Positions 11,140-23,559 of a DNA stretch of 64,000 nucleotides are shown one piece after another. Where the stretch lies: positions 1-64,000 of the forward strand of contig NW_026867458.1 in the NCBI RefSeq assembly GCF_020745735.1, given 5' to 3'. Each line of letters begins with the position of its first letter. Position 1 is the first letter of the stretch. A program made the translations under genes and the position numbers. The notes beneath the pieces are model-generated. The model worked only from the letters and a program-made list of their open reading frames with translations. It was not told the origin of the DNA and made no database searches. This stretch comes from Hemiscyllium ocellatum (taxonomy: Eukaryota).

Positions 11140-13985
11140 TGACAAGACATTTTGAGAGGGGCTGCTGTGTTGGTGGTGGCAGTGCTGCTGGTTGGTATAA
11201 GTGAGGGCCGGGGTGAATACTGGGCTTTGGTGAGAAAGGTGAGCATGGGAAAGGCAAGGTGAGATTCTTTTGTCTTCCTCAATAAGAAGAGGCAGAGATG
11301 GCAGTTCGGACAGTGTGCAGCTGTTTTAATCTTGCAGGCATTCTTTTTTTAATATTCATTTTATGTGATGTGAGTGTCACTGGCTTGGCCAGCATTGAGA
11401 GCCCATCCCTCTGAATAGTTCCAGAGATGTAGAGGAAAGGATAGCAAAGATGATTCTCGATAGGAGTGAGAGAGACAGGGTAGTTGTCACGGGGGACTTC
11501 AACTTTCCAAATATTGGCTGGAAACACTACAGTACCAGTACTCTAGATGGGTCAGTTTTTGTCCAGTGTGTGCAGGAGGGCTTCCTGACACAGTATGTAG
11601 ACAGGCCAGGAAGTGGGGAAGCCATATTAGATTTGGTACTGGGTATTGAGCCCGGCCAGGTGTTAGACTTGGAAGGAGGTGAGCACTTTGGTGATAGCGA
11701 TCACAATTCTGTTGTGTTTATTTTAGTGATAGAAAGGGATAGGTGTATACCACTGGGCAAGAGTTACAGCTGGGGGAAAGGCAATTACAATGCGATTAGG
11801 CAAGGTTTAGGAAGCATAGGATGGGGAAGGAAACTGCAGGGGATGGGCACATTAGAAATGTGGAGCTTGTTCAAGGAAAGGCTCCTGTGTGTCCTAGATA
11901 AATATGTACCTGTCAGGCAGGGAGGAAGCTGTAGAGCGCAAGAGCCGTGGTTTACGAAGGAAGTGGAATCTCTGGTCAAGAGGAAGGAGAAGGCTTAAGT
12001 TAGGATGAGATGTGAACGCTCAGGCAGGGCACTTGAGGGTTACATGGTAGACAGGGAAGACTGAAAGAGAGAGCTCGGCAGAGCCAGGTGGAGACATGAG
12101 AAGTTGTTGGTGGATTGGATCAGGGTAAACCCTAAGGCTTTCTATAGGTATTTAAGGAATAAAAGAATGACAAGAGTAAGATTAGGGCCAATCAAGGATA
12201 GGAGTGGGAAGTTGTGTGTGGAGTCAGAGGAGATAGGGGAAGCACTAAATGAATATTTTTCGACAGTATTCACGCTAGAAAACGACAGTGTTATCGAGGA
12301 GATTACTGAGATACAGGCTACTTGACTAGGTGGGATTGAGGTTCACAAGGAAGAGGTATTAGAAATCCTGCAGAATGTGAAAATAGGTCTACTGGGCCTG
12401 ATGGGATTTATCCTAGGATTCTCTGGGAAGCCAGGGAGGAGATTGCTGAGCCTTTGGCATTGATCTTTAAATCATCATTGTCTACAGGAATAGTGCCAGA
12501 AGACTGGAGGATAGCAAATGTGGTTCCCCTGTTCAAGAAAGGGAGTAGAGTCAACCCTGGTAATTATAGACCAGTGAGCCTTACTTCAGTTGTTGGAAAA
12601 GGTTATAAGAGATAAGATGTATAATCATCTAGAAAAGAATAATTTGATTATGGATAGTCTGCACGGTTTTGTGAAGGGTAGGTCGTGCCTCACAAACCTT
12701 ATTGAGTTCTTTGAGAAGGTGACCAAACAGGTAGATGAGATTAAATTGGTTGACGTGGCATATATTGATTTCAGCAAGGCGTTTGATAAGGTTCCCCACC
12801 GTAGGCGATTGTACAAAATGCAGAGGAATGGGATTGTGGGAGATTTAGCAGTTTGGATCAGTAATTGGCTTGCTGAAAGAAGACAGAGGGTGATGGTTGA
12901 TGGGAAATGTTCATTCTAGAGTCCAGTTACCAGTCATGTACTGCAAGGGTCGGTGTTGGGTCCACTGCTGTTTGTCTTTTTTATAAACGACCTGGATGAG
13001 GGTGTAGAAGGGTGGGTTAGTAAATTTGCAGATGACACTAAGGTCAGTGGAGTTGTGAATAGGGACGAAGGATGTTGTAGTTACAGAGAGACATAGATAA
13101 GCTGCAGAGCTGGGCAGAGAGGTGGCAAGTGGAGTTTAATGCGGACAAGTCTGAGGTGATTCACTTTGGTCAGAGTAACCGGAATGCAAAGTACTGGACT
13201 TATGGTAAGATTCTTGGCAGTGTAGATGAGCAGAGACACCTCGGTGTCCAGGTACACAGATCCTTGAAAGTTGCCACCCAGGTTGACAGGGTTGTTAAGG
13301 AGGCATACAGTGTTTTAGCTTTTATTAATAGAGGGATCGAGTTCCGGAACCATGAGGTTATGCTACAGCTGTACAAAGCTCTGGTGCGGCTGCACTTGGA
13401 ATATTGTGTACAGTTCTGGTCACCACATTATAAGACGGATGTGGAAGCTTTGGAAAGGGTGCAGAGGGGATTTACTCGGATGTTGCCTGGTATGGAGGGA
13501 AGGTCTTTCGAGGAAAGGCTGAGGGAAGTGATGCTGTTTTCGTTAGAGAGAAGAAGGTTGAGAGGTGACTTAATAGAGACATATAAGATAATCAGAGGGT
13601 TAGGCAGAGTGGAAGGGAGAACCTTTTTCCAAGTATGGTGATGGCGAGTATGAGGGGGCATAGCTTTAACTTTAGGGATGATAGATATAGGACAGATGTC
13701 AGAGGTAGTCTCTTTACTCAGAGAGTATTAAGGGGATGGAATGCTTTGCCTGCAACGGTAGTAGATTCGCCAACTTTAAGTACATTTAAGTCGTCATTGG
13801 ACTAGCATATGGACGTACATGGAATAGTAGAGGTTAGATGGGCTTCAGATTGGTATGACAGGTCGGCACAACATCGAGGGCTGAAGGGCCTGTACTGCAA
13901 TGTAATGTTCTATGTTCTAATCCTTGGCACAACATCATAAGCTGAAGGGCCTGTTCCATGCTGTACGTTTCTATGTTCTATGTTC
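11140..13985 (+). mobile_element. Long CR1 LINE: 5' remnant, endonuclease, RT and 3' UTR ending in (ATGTTCT)n-like tail; most of ORF1 missing; non-functional
   Basis: ORFs 11450-11998 (VVTGDFNFP, AILDLVLG, SDHNSV), 12590-12919 (RSCLTNLIEFFE, DFSKAFDKV) and 13129-13641 (HLEYCVQFWSPHY, RRRLRGDLIETYK); in-frame stops between them. Confidence 0.95.
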
Positions 13986-13989
13986 TGTA

Positions 13990-16900
13990 ATTCCAGATAA
14001 TCCTCTTAGACCACAGCACTCCCTCAGTACTGACTGTCTGACATTGCAGTATTCCCTCAGTACTGACCCTCTGGCATTGGTGCTTTCTGTCAGTCCTAAC
14101 CTCTGACAGTGCAACGCTCCCTCAATACTGATCCTCTGACAATGGAGCGCACATTCAGTCCTGACCTTCTGACAGTGCAGTGCTCCAGCAGTACTGACCC
14201 TCCAACAGTGAGGCACTCCCTCAGTACTGACACTCTCTCAGTACTGACTAATTCAAACAGTAGTGCTCACTCAGTACTGACCCTATGACAGTGCAGCACT
14301 CCCTCAGTACTGACCCGCTGACAGTACGGAGCTCCGTCACCATTGATGATCTGATAGTGTGGAACTCCCTCAGTAATAAACTGCTGACATTGCAACACAC
14401 CTACAGTACTGACCCTCTGATAGTGCACCACTCACTCAGTACTGACCCTTTGATAGTGCTGCACTACCTGAGTGCTGTCCTTCCGACAGTGCAGCCCTCC
14501 CTCAGTACTAAACTCCTGACAGTGCGGCCCTCCCTCAGTACTAAACTCCTGACAGTGCGGCCCTCCCTCAGTACTAAACTCCTGACAGTGCGGCCCTCCC
14601 TCAGTACTAAACTCCCGACAGTGCGGCCCTCCCTCAGTACTAAACTCCTGACAGTGCGGCCCTCCCTCAGTACTAAACTCCGACAGTGCGGCCCTCCCTC
14701 AGTACTAAACTCCTGACAGTGCGGCCCTCCCTCAGTACTAAACTCCCGACAGTGCGGCCCTCCCTCAGAACTAAACTCCTGACAGTGCAGCCCTCCCTCA
14801 GTACTAAACTCCCGACAGTGCGGCACTCCCTCAGTACTAAACTCCTGACAGTGCGGCCCTCCCTCAGAACTAAACTCCTGACAGTGCGGCCCTCCCTCAG
14901 TACTAAACTCCTGACAGTGCGGCCCTCCCTCAGTACTAAACTCCTGACAGTGCGGCCCTCCCTCAGAACTAAACTCCTGACAGTGCGGCCCTCCCTCAGT
15001 ACTAAACTCCTGACAGTGCGGCCCTCCCTCAGTACTAAACTCCTGACAGTGCGGCCCTCCCTCAGTACTAAACTCCTGACAGTGCGGCCCTCCCTCAGTA
15101 CTAAACTCCTGACAGTGCAGCCCTCCCTCAGAACTAAACTCCTGACAGTGCGGCCCTCCCTCAGAACTAAACTCCTGACAGTGCAGCCCTCCCTCAGAAC
15201 TAAACTCCCGACAGTGCGGCCCTCCCTCAGAACTAAACTCCTGACAGTGCAGCCCTCCCTCAGAACTAAACTCCGACAGTGCGGCCCTCCCTCAGTACTA
15301 AACTCCTGACAGTGCAGCCCTCCCTCAGAACTAAACTCCCGACAGTGCGGCCCTCCCTCAGTACTAAACTCTTGACAGTGCAGCCCTCCCTCAGAACTAA
15401 ACTCCTGACAGTGCGGCCCTCCCTCAGTACTAAACTCCTGACAGTGCGGCTATCCCTCAGTGCTGACACTCCAACAGTGCGGCATTCCATCAGTACTGAC
15501 ACCACCAGTGCGGCAACACCCTCTGTCCTGCACCTTTGACAGTGCAGCACTCCCTCAGTACTGAACCTTTAACAGTACAGTACTCCCTCAGTACTATTAC
15601 TCTGGCAATGTAGCGGTCCCTCTGTACTGATCCTCTGATGGTGCAATGCTCCCTCAGTACTGACCCTCTGACAATGTGACACTCCCTCAGTCCAGACCTC
15701 CGTGTGACCCTCCGACAGTGCAGCACTTCCTCTGTACGGCACTCTGACAATGCAGCACTCCCTCTGTGCTGACCCTCTGACAGTGCAGCACTCCCTCTGT
15801 GCTGACTCTCTGACAGTGCAGCACTCCCTCAGCACTGACGCTACGACAGTGTTGTTCTCCCTCAGTAATGACCGTTCAACAGTTCAGTGCTCATTTTGTA
15901 CTGACCCTTTGACAGTTTAGCACTCCCTCAGTACTAACCTCTGACAGTGTAACACACCCTCAATACTGATCCTCTGGCAATGCGGTACTCCCTCAGTACT
16001 GACCCACTGACAGTGTGCATTCCTTCACTTCTCACCCTTTGACAGTGCAGTGCTCCCTCAGTACTCTCCTCCGATAGTTCGGCACATCCTTTGTACTGAC
16101 CCTCTGGCAGTGCACCACTCCCTCAATACTGTCTTTCCAAAAGTGTGGCACTCCCTCAGCACTGAGTGTATGGCGATCTGTCAGAGGATCAGTACTTAGG
16201 GTGTGCCACATTTTGGAAAGTCAGTGACAATGCGGCACTGCCCCATACTGACCCTCTGACAGTGAGGAACTCTCTCAGTACTGACACTCCAACAGTGAGG
16301 CACTGTCTCCGTACTGCCCCTTTGATTGCGTGGTGCTCCCTGAGTATTGACTCTCCAATAGTGTGCCACACTCTCAGTACTGACCCTCTGACAGTGCACC
16401 GCTCCCTCAGTACTGACCCTCTGACAGTGCAGCACTCCCTCAGTACTGACCCTCTGACAGTGCAGCACTCCCTCAGTACTGACCTTTGACGGTGCAGTGC
16501 TCCCTCAGTACTGACCCTCTGACAGTGCAGCACTCCCTCAGTACTGACCTTTGACGGTGCAGCGCTCCCTCAGTACTGACCCTCTGACAGTGCAGCACTC
16601 CCTCAGTACTGACCCTCTGACAGTGCAGCACATCCTCAGTACTGACCTTTGATGGTACAGTGCTCCCTCAGTACTGACCCTCTGACAGTGCAGCACTCCC
16701 TCAGTACTGACCTTTGACGGTGCAGCGCTCCCTCAGTACTGACCCTCTGACAGTGCAGCACTCCTTCAGCACTGACTCACCGACAGTGTTGTTCTCCCTG
16801 AGTAATGACCCTCCAAAAGTGCAGTGCTCGTTTTGTACTGACCCTCTCTCAGTGTAGCACGCCCTCAGGACTGATCTTCTGACAATGCGGTACTCCCTCA

Positions 16901-19900
16901 TTACCAACCTACCGACTGCGCGGTTTTAGATTAGATTACATTACTTACAGTGTGGAAACAGGCCCTTCGGCCCAACAAGTCCACACCGACCCGCCGAAGT
17001 GCAACCCACCCATACCCCTACATATACCCCTTACCTAACACGACGGGCAATTTAGCATGGCCAATTCACCTGACCCGCACATCTTTGGACTGTGGGAGGA
17101 AACCGGAGCACCCGGAGGAAACCCACGCAGACACGGGGAGAATGTGCAAACTCCACACAGTCAGTGGCCTGAGGCGGGAATTGAACCCAGGTCCCTGGCG
17201 CTGTGAGGCAGCAGTGCTAACCACTGTGCCACCGTGCTGCCCGTTCTCCCACATTACTGACGCTCTGACAGTGTGGCCTTCCCCTGGGACTGACACTCAG
17301 ACAGTGCAGCACTCCCTCAGTACCGACCCTCTGACAGTATAGCACTCCCTCAGTCCAGACCCTCTGACAGCGCAGCACTCTCTCAATACAGACCCTCTTA
17401 CGTTGCAGCGCTCACTTGGTGCTGACCCGCTGACAGTGTAGCAATCTATTAGTACTGCTCCTCTGACAGTGCAGCACTCCCTCAGTACTGACCCTCTGAC
17501 AATATCGTGCACACTCAGTACTGATGTTCTGACAGTATAGTGCTCCATCAGTACAGACCCTCCGACAGTGTGGCACTCCCCCAGGACTGATCCTGTGACA
17601 TTGTGACACTCCTTTGGTACAGACCCTCTGACAGCACATCACTCACTCCATACCGACCCTCTGACAGTGCAACAGTCCCTCAGCACTGAACTTCGGACAG
17701 TGGGGCGTTACCTCAGTACTGACCCTCTGACAGTGCAGAACTCCCTCAGTACTGACCGGCTGACAGTGTGGCGCTCCCTCATCATTGCTCTTGCAGAGTG
17801 AGCACTCCCTCAGTTCTGAACCTCCGACAATGCGGTGTGTCTTTGACACTGACCCTCTGACAGTGCAGCACTACCTTCAACAGTGCAGCACACACTCAGT
17901 ACTGACCCTCTGACAGTGCAGCACTCTATCTATGCTGAATCCCTAACAGTGAAGCACTCCCTCAGTACTGAACCTCTGACAGTGCGGTGTGCCTTTGACA
18001 CTGACCCTCTGGCAATGCAGCACTCCCTCAGTACTGACCCTCTGACAGTGCAGCACTCCCTCAGTACTGACGCTCTGACAGTGCAGCACTCCCTTGGCAC
18101 TGACCCTTTGACAGTGCAGCACACACTCAGTACTGACCCTCTGACAGTGCAGCACTCCATCTATGCTGAATCTCTGACAGTGAAGCACTCCCTCAGTACT
18201 GACCCTCTGACAGTGCAGTGCTCGTTTGTACTGACCCTCTGACAGTGTAGCGCAACCTCAGGACTGATCCTCTGACAGTGCGGCACTCCATCAGTACAGA
18301 CCCTCTGACAGTACAGCACTCACTCAGTACTGACCCTCTGACAGTGCAGCACTCCCTCAGTACTGACCCTTTGACAGTGCAGCATTCCCTCGGTACTGAC
18401 TCTCTCACAGTATAGTGCTCCCTCAGTACAGACCCTCTGACAGTGGAGTGCTCCTCAGTACTGACCCTCTCATGTTGCAGCACTCCATCAGTACTGACCC
18501 TCTGACATTGCAGCACTCCCTTGGTATTGACCCTCTGATAGTGCAGCACTCTTCCATTAAAGAACCTCTGACAGTGCAGCTTTCCCTGAGTACTGACCCA
18601 CTGATATTGCAGTACTCATTCAGTGAAGACCCTCAGACAATGTGGACCTCCCTCGGTGCTGACCTTCCGACAGTGCGGCATTCCCTTAGTACTGACATTC
18701 TGACAGTGCAGAACGCCCTCAGTACTGACCCTCTGACAGTGCAGCAGTCCCTCAGTACTGACTCTCTGACAGTGCAACACTCTCTCAGTACTGACCCTCT
18801 GACAGTGCAGCACTCCCTCAGTACTGACCCTCTGACAGTGCAACACTCCCTCAGTACTGACCCTCTGACAGTGCAACACTCCCTCAGTACTGACCCTCTG
18901 ACAGTGCAGCACTCCCTCAGTACTGACCCTCTGATCGTGCAGCACTCTCTCAGTACTGACCCTTTGACAGTGCAGCACTCCCTCAGTACTGACCATCTGA
19001 CAGTGCAGCACTCCCTCAGTACTGACCCTCTGACAGTGCAGCACTCCCTCAGTACTGACCCTCTGATGGTGCAGCACTCTCTCAGTACTGACCCTCTGAT
19101 GGTGCAGCACTCCCTCAGTACTGACCCTCTGATGGTGCAGCACTCTCTCAGTACTGACCCTCTGATGGTGCAGCACTCCCTCAGTACTGACCCTCTGATG
19201 GTGCAGCACTCTCTCAGTACTGACCCTCTGATAGTGTAGCATTCCCTGAGGACTGAACCTTGGACAGTGTGACATTCCCCCAGTACAGACCTCTCACAAT
19301 GCTCTTGCTCCGATAGTGTGCCATTCCCTCCTTACTGACTGACCAACAGTGCATCACTCCCTCCTTACTGACCCTCCGAGAATGAGCACTTCCTCAGTAC
19401 TGACCCTCTGACAGTGCGGTGTTTTGTCAGTTCTGACCCTCTGCCAATGCAGCACTCCCTCAGTACTGACACTTTAATTGTGTTGCACTCCCGCATACTG
19501 AACCTCTGTCAGTGCTGCACTCCCCCAGTACTGACCTTCTAACAGTGCAGCACACACTCAATACTGATCCTCTGACAGTGCAGCACTCTGTCTATGCTGA
19601 CACTCTGACAGTGTGGAGTTCCCTCACTTCTGACACTCCGAGAGTGCAGCACTCCATTCATACTGACCCTCTGACAGTGTGTGACACTCTCTCAGTACTG
19701 TTCCTCTGACAGTGTGACACTCTCTCAGTACTGCCCCTCTGTCAGAGAAGCACTCCCCCAGTAGTGACTCTCTGACAGTTTGGCACTGCACTGTAATGAA
19801 ACTCTGACAGTGCGGTATTCCCTCCATTCTGACACTCCAACATTCCGATACACCCACAGTACTGACCAACCAACAGTGTGGCACTCCCTCATTACTCACT

Positions 19901-20370
19901 CCCTGACAGTGTGCCACTCCCTCAGTACTGATCCTCTGACAGTGCAGCACTCCCTCGGTACTGACCCTCTGACTGTTCAATATTAACTCAGTACTGACGT
20001 TCCATAGTGCTGCACTCCCTCCGTACTGGTCCTCCCACAGTGCAGCACTTCCTCAGGACTGACCTTCCAACAGTGCGGCACTCCCTCAGTACTGACCCTC
20101 TGACAGTGTGACACTCTCTCAGTACTGCCCCTCTGACAGTGAAGCACTCCCCCAGTAGTGACTCTCTGACAGTGTGGCACTGCACTGCAATGAAACTCTG
20201 ACAGTGCAGTATTCCATCCATTTTCACCCTCTGACAGTCCAATGGACCCACAGTACTGACCCTCTAACAGTGCAGCGCCTGCTCAGCACTGACCCTTGAC
20301 AGTATTGCACTTCCTCTGTGCTGACCCTTTGACAGTGTCGCACTCCCTCACTACAGCACCTCTGACAGCA
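13990..20370. repeat. 33-bp minisatellite array (~6.4 kb), consensus CAGTGCAGCACTCCCTCAGTACTGACCCTCTGA
   Basis: 33-bp periodicity visible directly and as the 11-aa repeats TVQHSLSTDPL / VLRECCTVRGS in the ORF track. Confidence 0.97.
16925..17241 (-). mobile_element. HE1-type (V-SINE) tRNA-derived SINE inserted in the minisatellite
   Basis: Minus strand reads GGGCAGCACGGTGGCACAGTGGTTAGCACTGCTGCCTCACAGCGCCAGGGACCTGGGTTCAATTCCC (A/B boxes), then the central TGTGTGGAGTTTGCACATTCTCCCCGTGTCTGCGTGGGTTT core and an (AATCT)n tail. Confidence 0.92.
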
Positions 20371-20599
20371 CCTTTTTTTTTCTCTTTCTTAATGTTTTGT
20401 GGAAATATGGAGACATTGCGTTTGCAGATTCTGAGAAAGTATGACAGAGACACACAATCCAAGCCCTGTCTGAAACTTTGCAACAGTCTATTCAGAGAGA
20501 TGCACAGCATGGAAACAGACCTTTCGGCCCAACTTATTCATGCCAACCAGATATCCAACTTAATTTAGTTCCATTTGCTAACACTTGGCTGATATCCCT

Positions 20600-21030
20600 C
20601 TAAACCCTTCCTATTCACATACTCATCCTGATGCCTTTTAAATGTCGCAATTGTACCAGCCCCCACCATATCCTCTGGCAGCTAACTGCATGCCCTTGAA
20701 TAAGTGTTCAAACATTCATAGAGATGATGCAACCTCAAACAGACACCAACCTACGAAATGCTATCACTGTCATTTTCACCCCACCCTTTGGTTCTCCGTT
20801 ACGCTGATTTGAACAGAGGTAAAGAAACAGTCTCAGTGACCATCCACCGTGACCTTGTAATAAAGGTTACTTGCAAATTTCACTTGCATGAGATTACCAT
20901 ACCATCCAGTTGCCTGGATGGTGGGGGTGAGCTGTATTCTCCTGCTATAGCCCTTGGTGTCCCACGTTGATGTTAGGGAGTGAACTCCAGGATTTTGACC
21001 TGAACCATGTAAAGAGCTCTCTTACTGGAG
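20600..21030 (-). mobile_element. Decayed L2/CR1-group LINE 3' fragment
   Basis: Similar to the 3' part of the LINE at 39500-41900 (gaactccaggattttgacc). Confidence 0.45.
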
Positions 21031-21783
21031 TGCCTTTTTAAAGTTGGGAAGTTATTATAGACCAGGAGGACCCGAGAGCTGCTGTCTTGTCAGAGAGAGA
21101 GGACTGGTGGGTTACACACCTCAGGGGAGGGGCGAGGTGGAGAAGTTGGGGCCTTGATGGTAATTTCAGACATGATAGAAATTGAGCCAACAATGTTGGC
21201 ATCACGAACCAGTTAGCTGAGGTAACTGAGACCCCCACCCCCCCACACTCTATATCAGAGGAATCCAATCCCTATAATAGAGCAAGCTTGGGAATTCAAC
21301 ACTAAAATTAACTTGTACGGACGCGCTGGAAACCTGAACCATCAATACAGAGATTGCTGAAGAAGCTAAGCATGTCCGGCAGCATCTGTGAAGGGAGAGA
21401 GAGAGAGAGTTCACCTTTCAATCCAGTGATTTCTGCGGAAAAGTTCCTTCAGAACAGACTGTTTTGAGGAAGGGTCACTTGAAATGTGAATTGTTCCTCT
21501 CTCTCTCTCTTCACCGTTGCTGTCTGATCTGCTGAATTTGGATAGGTACATGGATGGGTGCTTAATCTAGGATAGATGTTCGGCACAACATCGTGGGCCG
21601 AAGGGCCTGTTCTGTGCTGTATTGTTCTATGTTCTATGTTCTAATTTCCCCAGCAATCTGTGCGGGTGTTTGCTTGAGAATTTGATCTGACCCAATCAAT
21701 CTTGTGTCACTGAGCAACTCAGTCTGTGTTCATGCCCTGAGGTTGCTTCTGTTGAAAGTTGACAAACAGTTTTAAGGCTTTTA

Positions 21784-21956
21784 GGAGAAAATGAGGACTG
21801 CAGATGTTGGAGATCAGAGCTGAAAATGTGTTGCTGGAAAAGCGCAGCAGGTCAGGCAGCATCCAAGGAGCAGGAGAATCGATGTTTCCGTCAATACTCC
21901 TGCTCCTTGGATGCTGCCTGACCTGCTGCACTTTTCCAGCAACACATTTTCAGCTC
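21784..21956. mobile_element. Penelope-terminal-repeat-derived foldback mini-element
   Basis: ~70-bp inverted arms (gagctgaaaatgtgttgctggaaaag...ggagcaggag and its reverse complement); degenerate flanking duplication agttttaaggcttt / aggtttaagccttt. Confidence 0.8.
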
Positions 21957-22399
21957 AGGTTTAAGCCTTTGTAAGGCATTGTATTTGGAGGGCGGGATGC
22001 ATGGGGGAACAGATAAAGATTTACGGCACTTCACAAAGATCCTTATCAATGTAACTTTATGATGTTAATTAAGAAGGAACAGCTCAGATCTAACATTTCA
22101 GTTAATCAGCCAAGAGAAGTATATATGTCATCATAAAGACTTGTTGTAAAGACTGTACAGAACCAAACTTTAGTTACTATGTTTGTACATCATTTTTTTG
22201 TGAATAAAGTCTCTGTTTGAAACACATATAAATATTTTTTAGAGGGGGACCAAGCATCTTGAGCTTGTGGAGGCATTGTCCTTTTCCCTAATCTTTCTTA
22301 AATAAACGCTAGACAGGTTAGATACTCCCCGGGTATACACATCAAACGGCCATCAATGGGGCGGAGATAGTGGGATTGTCACAGGGGCTCTGTGGTTAG

Positions 22400-22640
22400 C
22401 TCTGTTGCCTCACCCCACCCGGGTTCGATTCCAGCCTCGGGCGACTGTCTGTGTGGAGTTTGCACATTCTCCCCGTGTCAGCCTCCGGGTGCTTCAGTTC
22501 CCTCCCACTGTCCAAAGATGTGCAGGCTCGGTGGATTAGCCAGAGGGAATGAAGAGATCTAGGGATAGAGTGGGGGGATGGGATGCTCTGCCGAAGGTCA
22601 GTGTGAACCTGATAGGCCGAATGGCCTGCTTCCACATTCT
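22400..22640 (+). mobile_element. HE1-type SINE, degraded
   Basis: gggttcgattccagcctcgggcgactgtctgtgtggagtttgcacattctccccgtgtc core. Confidence 0.8.
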
Positions 22641-23201
22641 ATAACCAATCCAGAGACCCAAATAATGTTCTGGGCCCTGGGCTCCAATCTTGGGGGTGTC
22701 TGTGGGTTCCCACAGTGCGAACAGATTTGGGGATGAACACGGTCCAAGGGGGTAACAGGTTTGTTTTCTGAGGTGTTGAGGGCATGAATGTTCTGTCGAG
22801 GTGCTTTGGGGATAAACATACTGAGGAGGTGCTTTCTGAGATACTGAGGGAGCACTATCTGGCGGTACAGGGTGCAGAAGGTGGAATGGTACAGATACAC
22901 TTCCCTAATCATTTCCTCAGGGTCCCCAAGGCACGCTGGTGTGGTCATCTGAGATGGAAGCCACTCCCCATTTTAGAAGATTATATCAACACTCAGTGAA
23001 AAATAACACAAACACATGCCTTAAACATGGATTGGAGGAAAACTGTTATGAATCTATCATCATTTGTTGCTTAGACACGGTTTAGAAAAGCAGGCACCCA
23101 AACAGACCAATGCTGTCGATGTACAGGAAGATCCAAGAGGTTATTTACAGTTGATGTCTGTCTCCCTGCAGAGGTCATCATCCGAGATCAGGGTTCAGTC
23201 C

Positions 23202-23225
23202 GTGTGTGTGTGTGTGTGTGTGTGT
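23202..23225. repeat. (GT)n microsatellite
   Basis: gtgtgtgtgtgtgtgtgtgtgtgt run. Confidence 0.9.
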
Positions 23226-23559
23226 TATCCAAGAAGATAAATTCCTGCTGCTGTTTCAGCGAAGACACAAACATAAAAGTTTTTAAAAGCTGCAAAACTC
23301 ACTTCCCTGGGGTAAAGTGAATGCTGTAAATCTCCCAAAAGAGGTTCGGATGGAAGGAAGAAAGATTAGATTGAGAAGAGATAGTGCCATTCAGGTGCAG
23401 AGGTATTGTTGGAATGTCTATTCAGGATTTCAGAGAGGAGAAAACACCTTGGAGATAGTTTCTCAACCAACCTGTTCAGTGATGGTATGGTATTCCTCTA
23501 GACCAGGTGGGACTTGAAACTGAATCTCCTAGCTCAGAGGTAAAGATGCTACCACTGTC

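Noticed and set aside
14285-20251. Many long ORFs (up to 274 aa) with 11-aa repeats
   Set aside because: By-product of a 33-bp unit that is open in several frames on both strands; no splice or domain evidence.
14000-20370. Satellite as an array of cryptic RSSs (CACTGTC on the minus strand)
   Set aside because: No nonamer at 12 or 23 spacing; the heptamer resemblance alone is uninformative.
22640-23000. GC-richer stretch with ORFs on both strands
   Set aside because: No recognisable motif; probably an unidentified TE fragment that I cannot support without a search.
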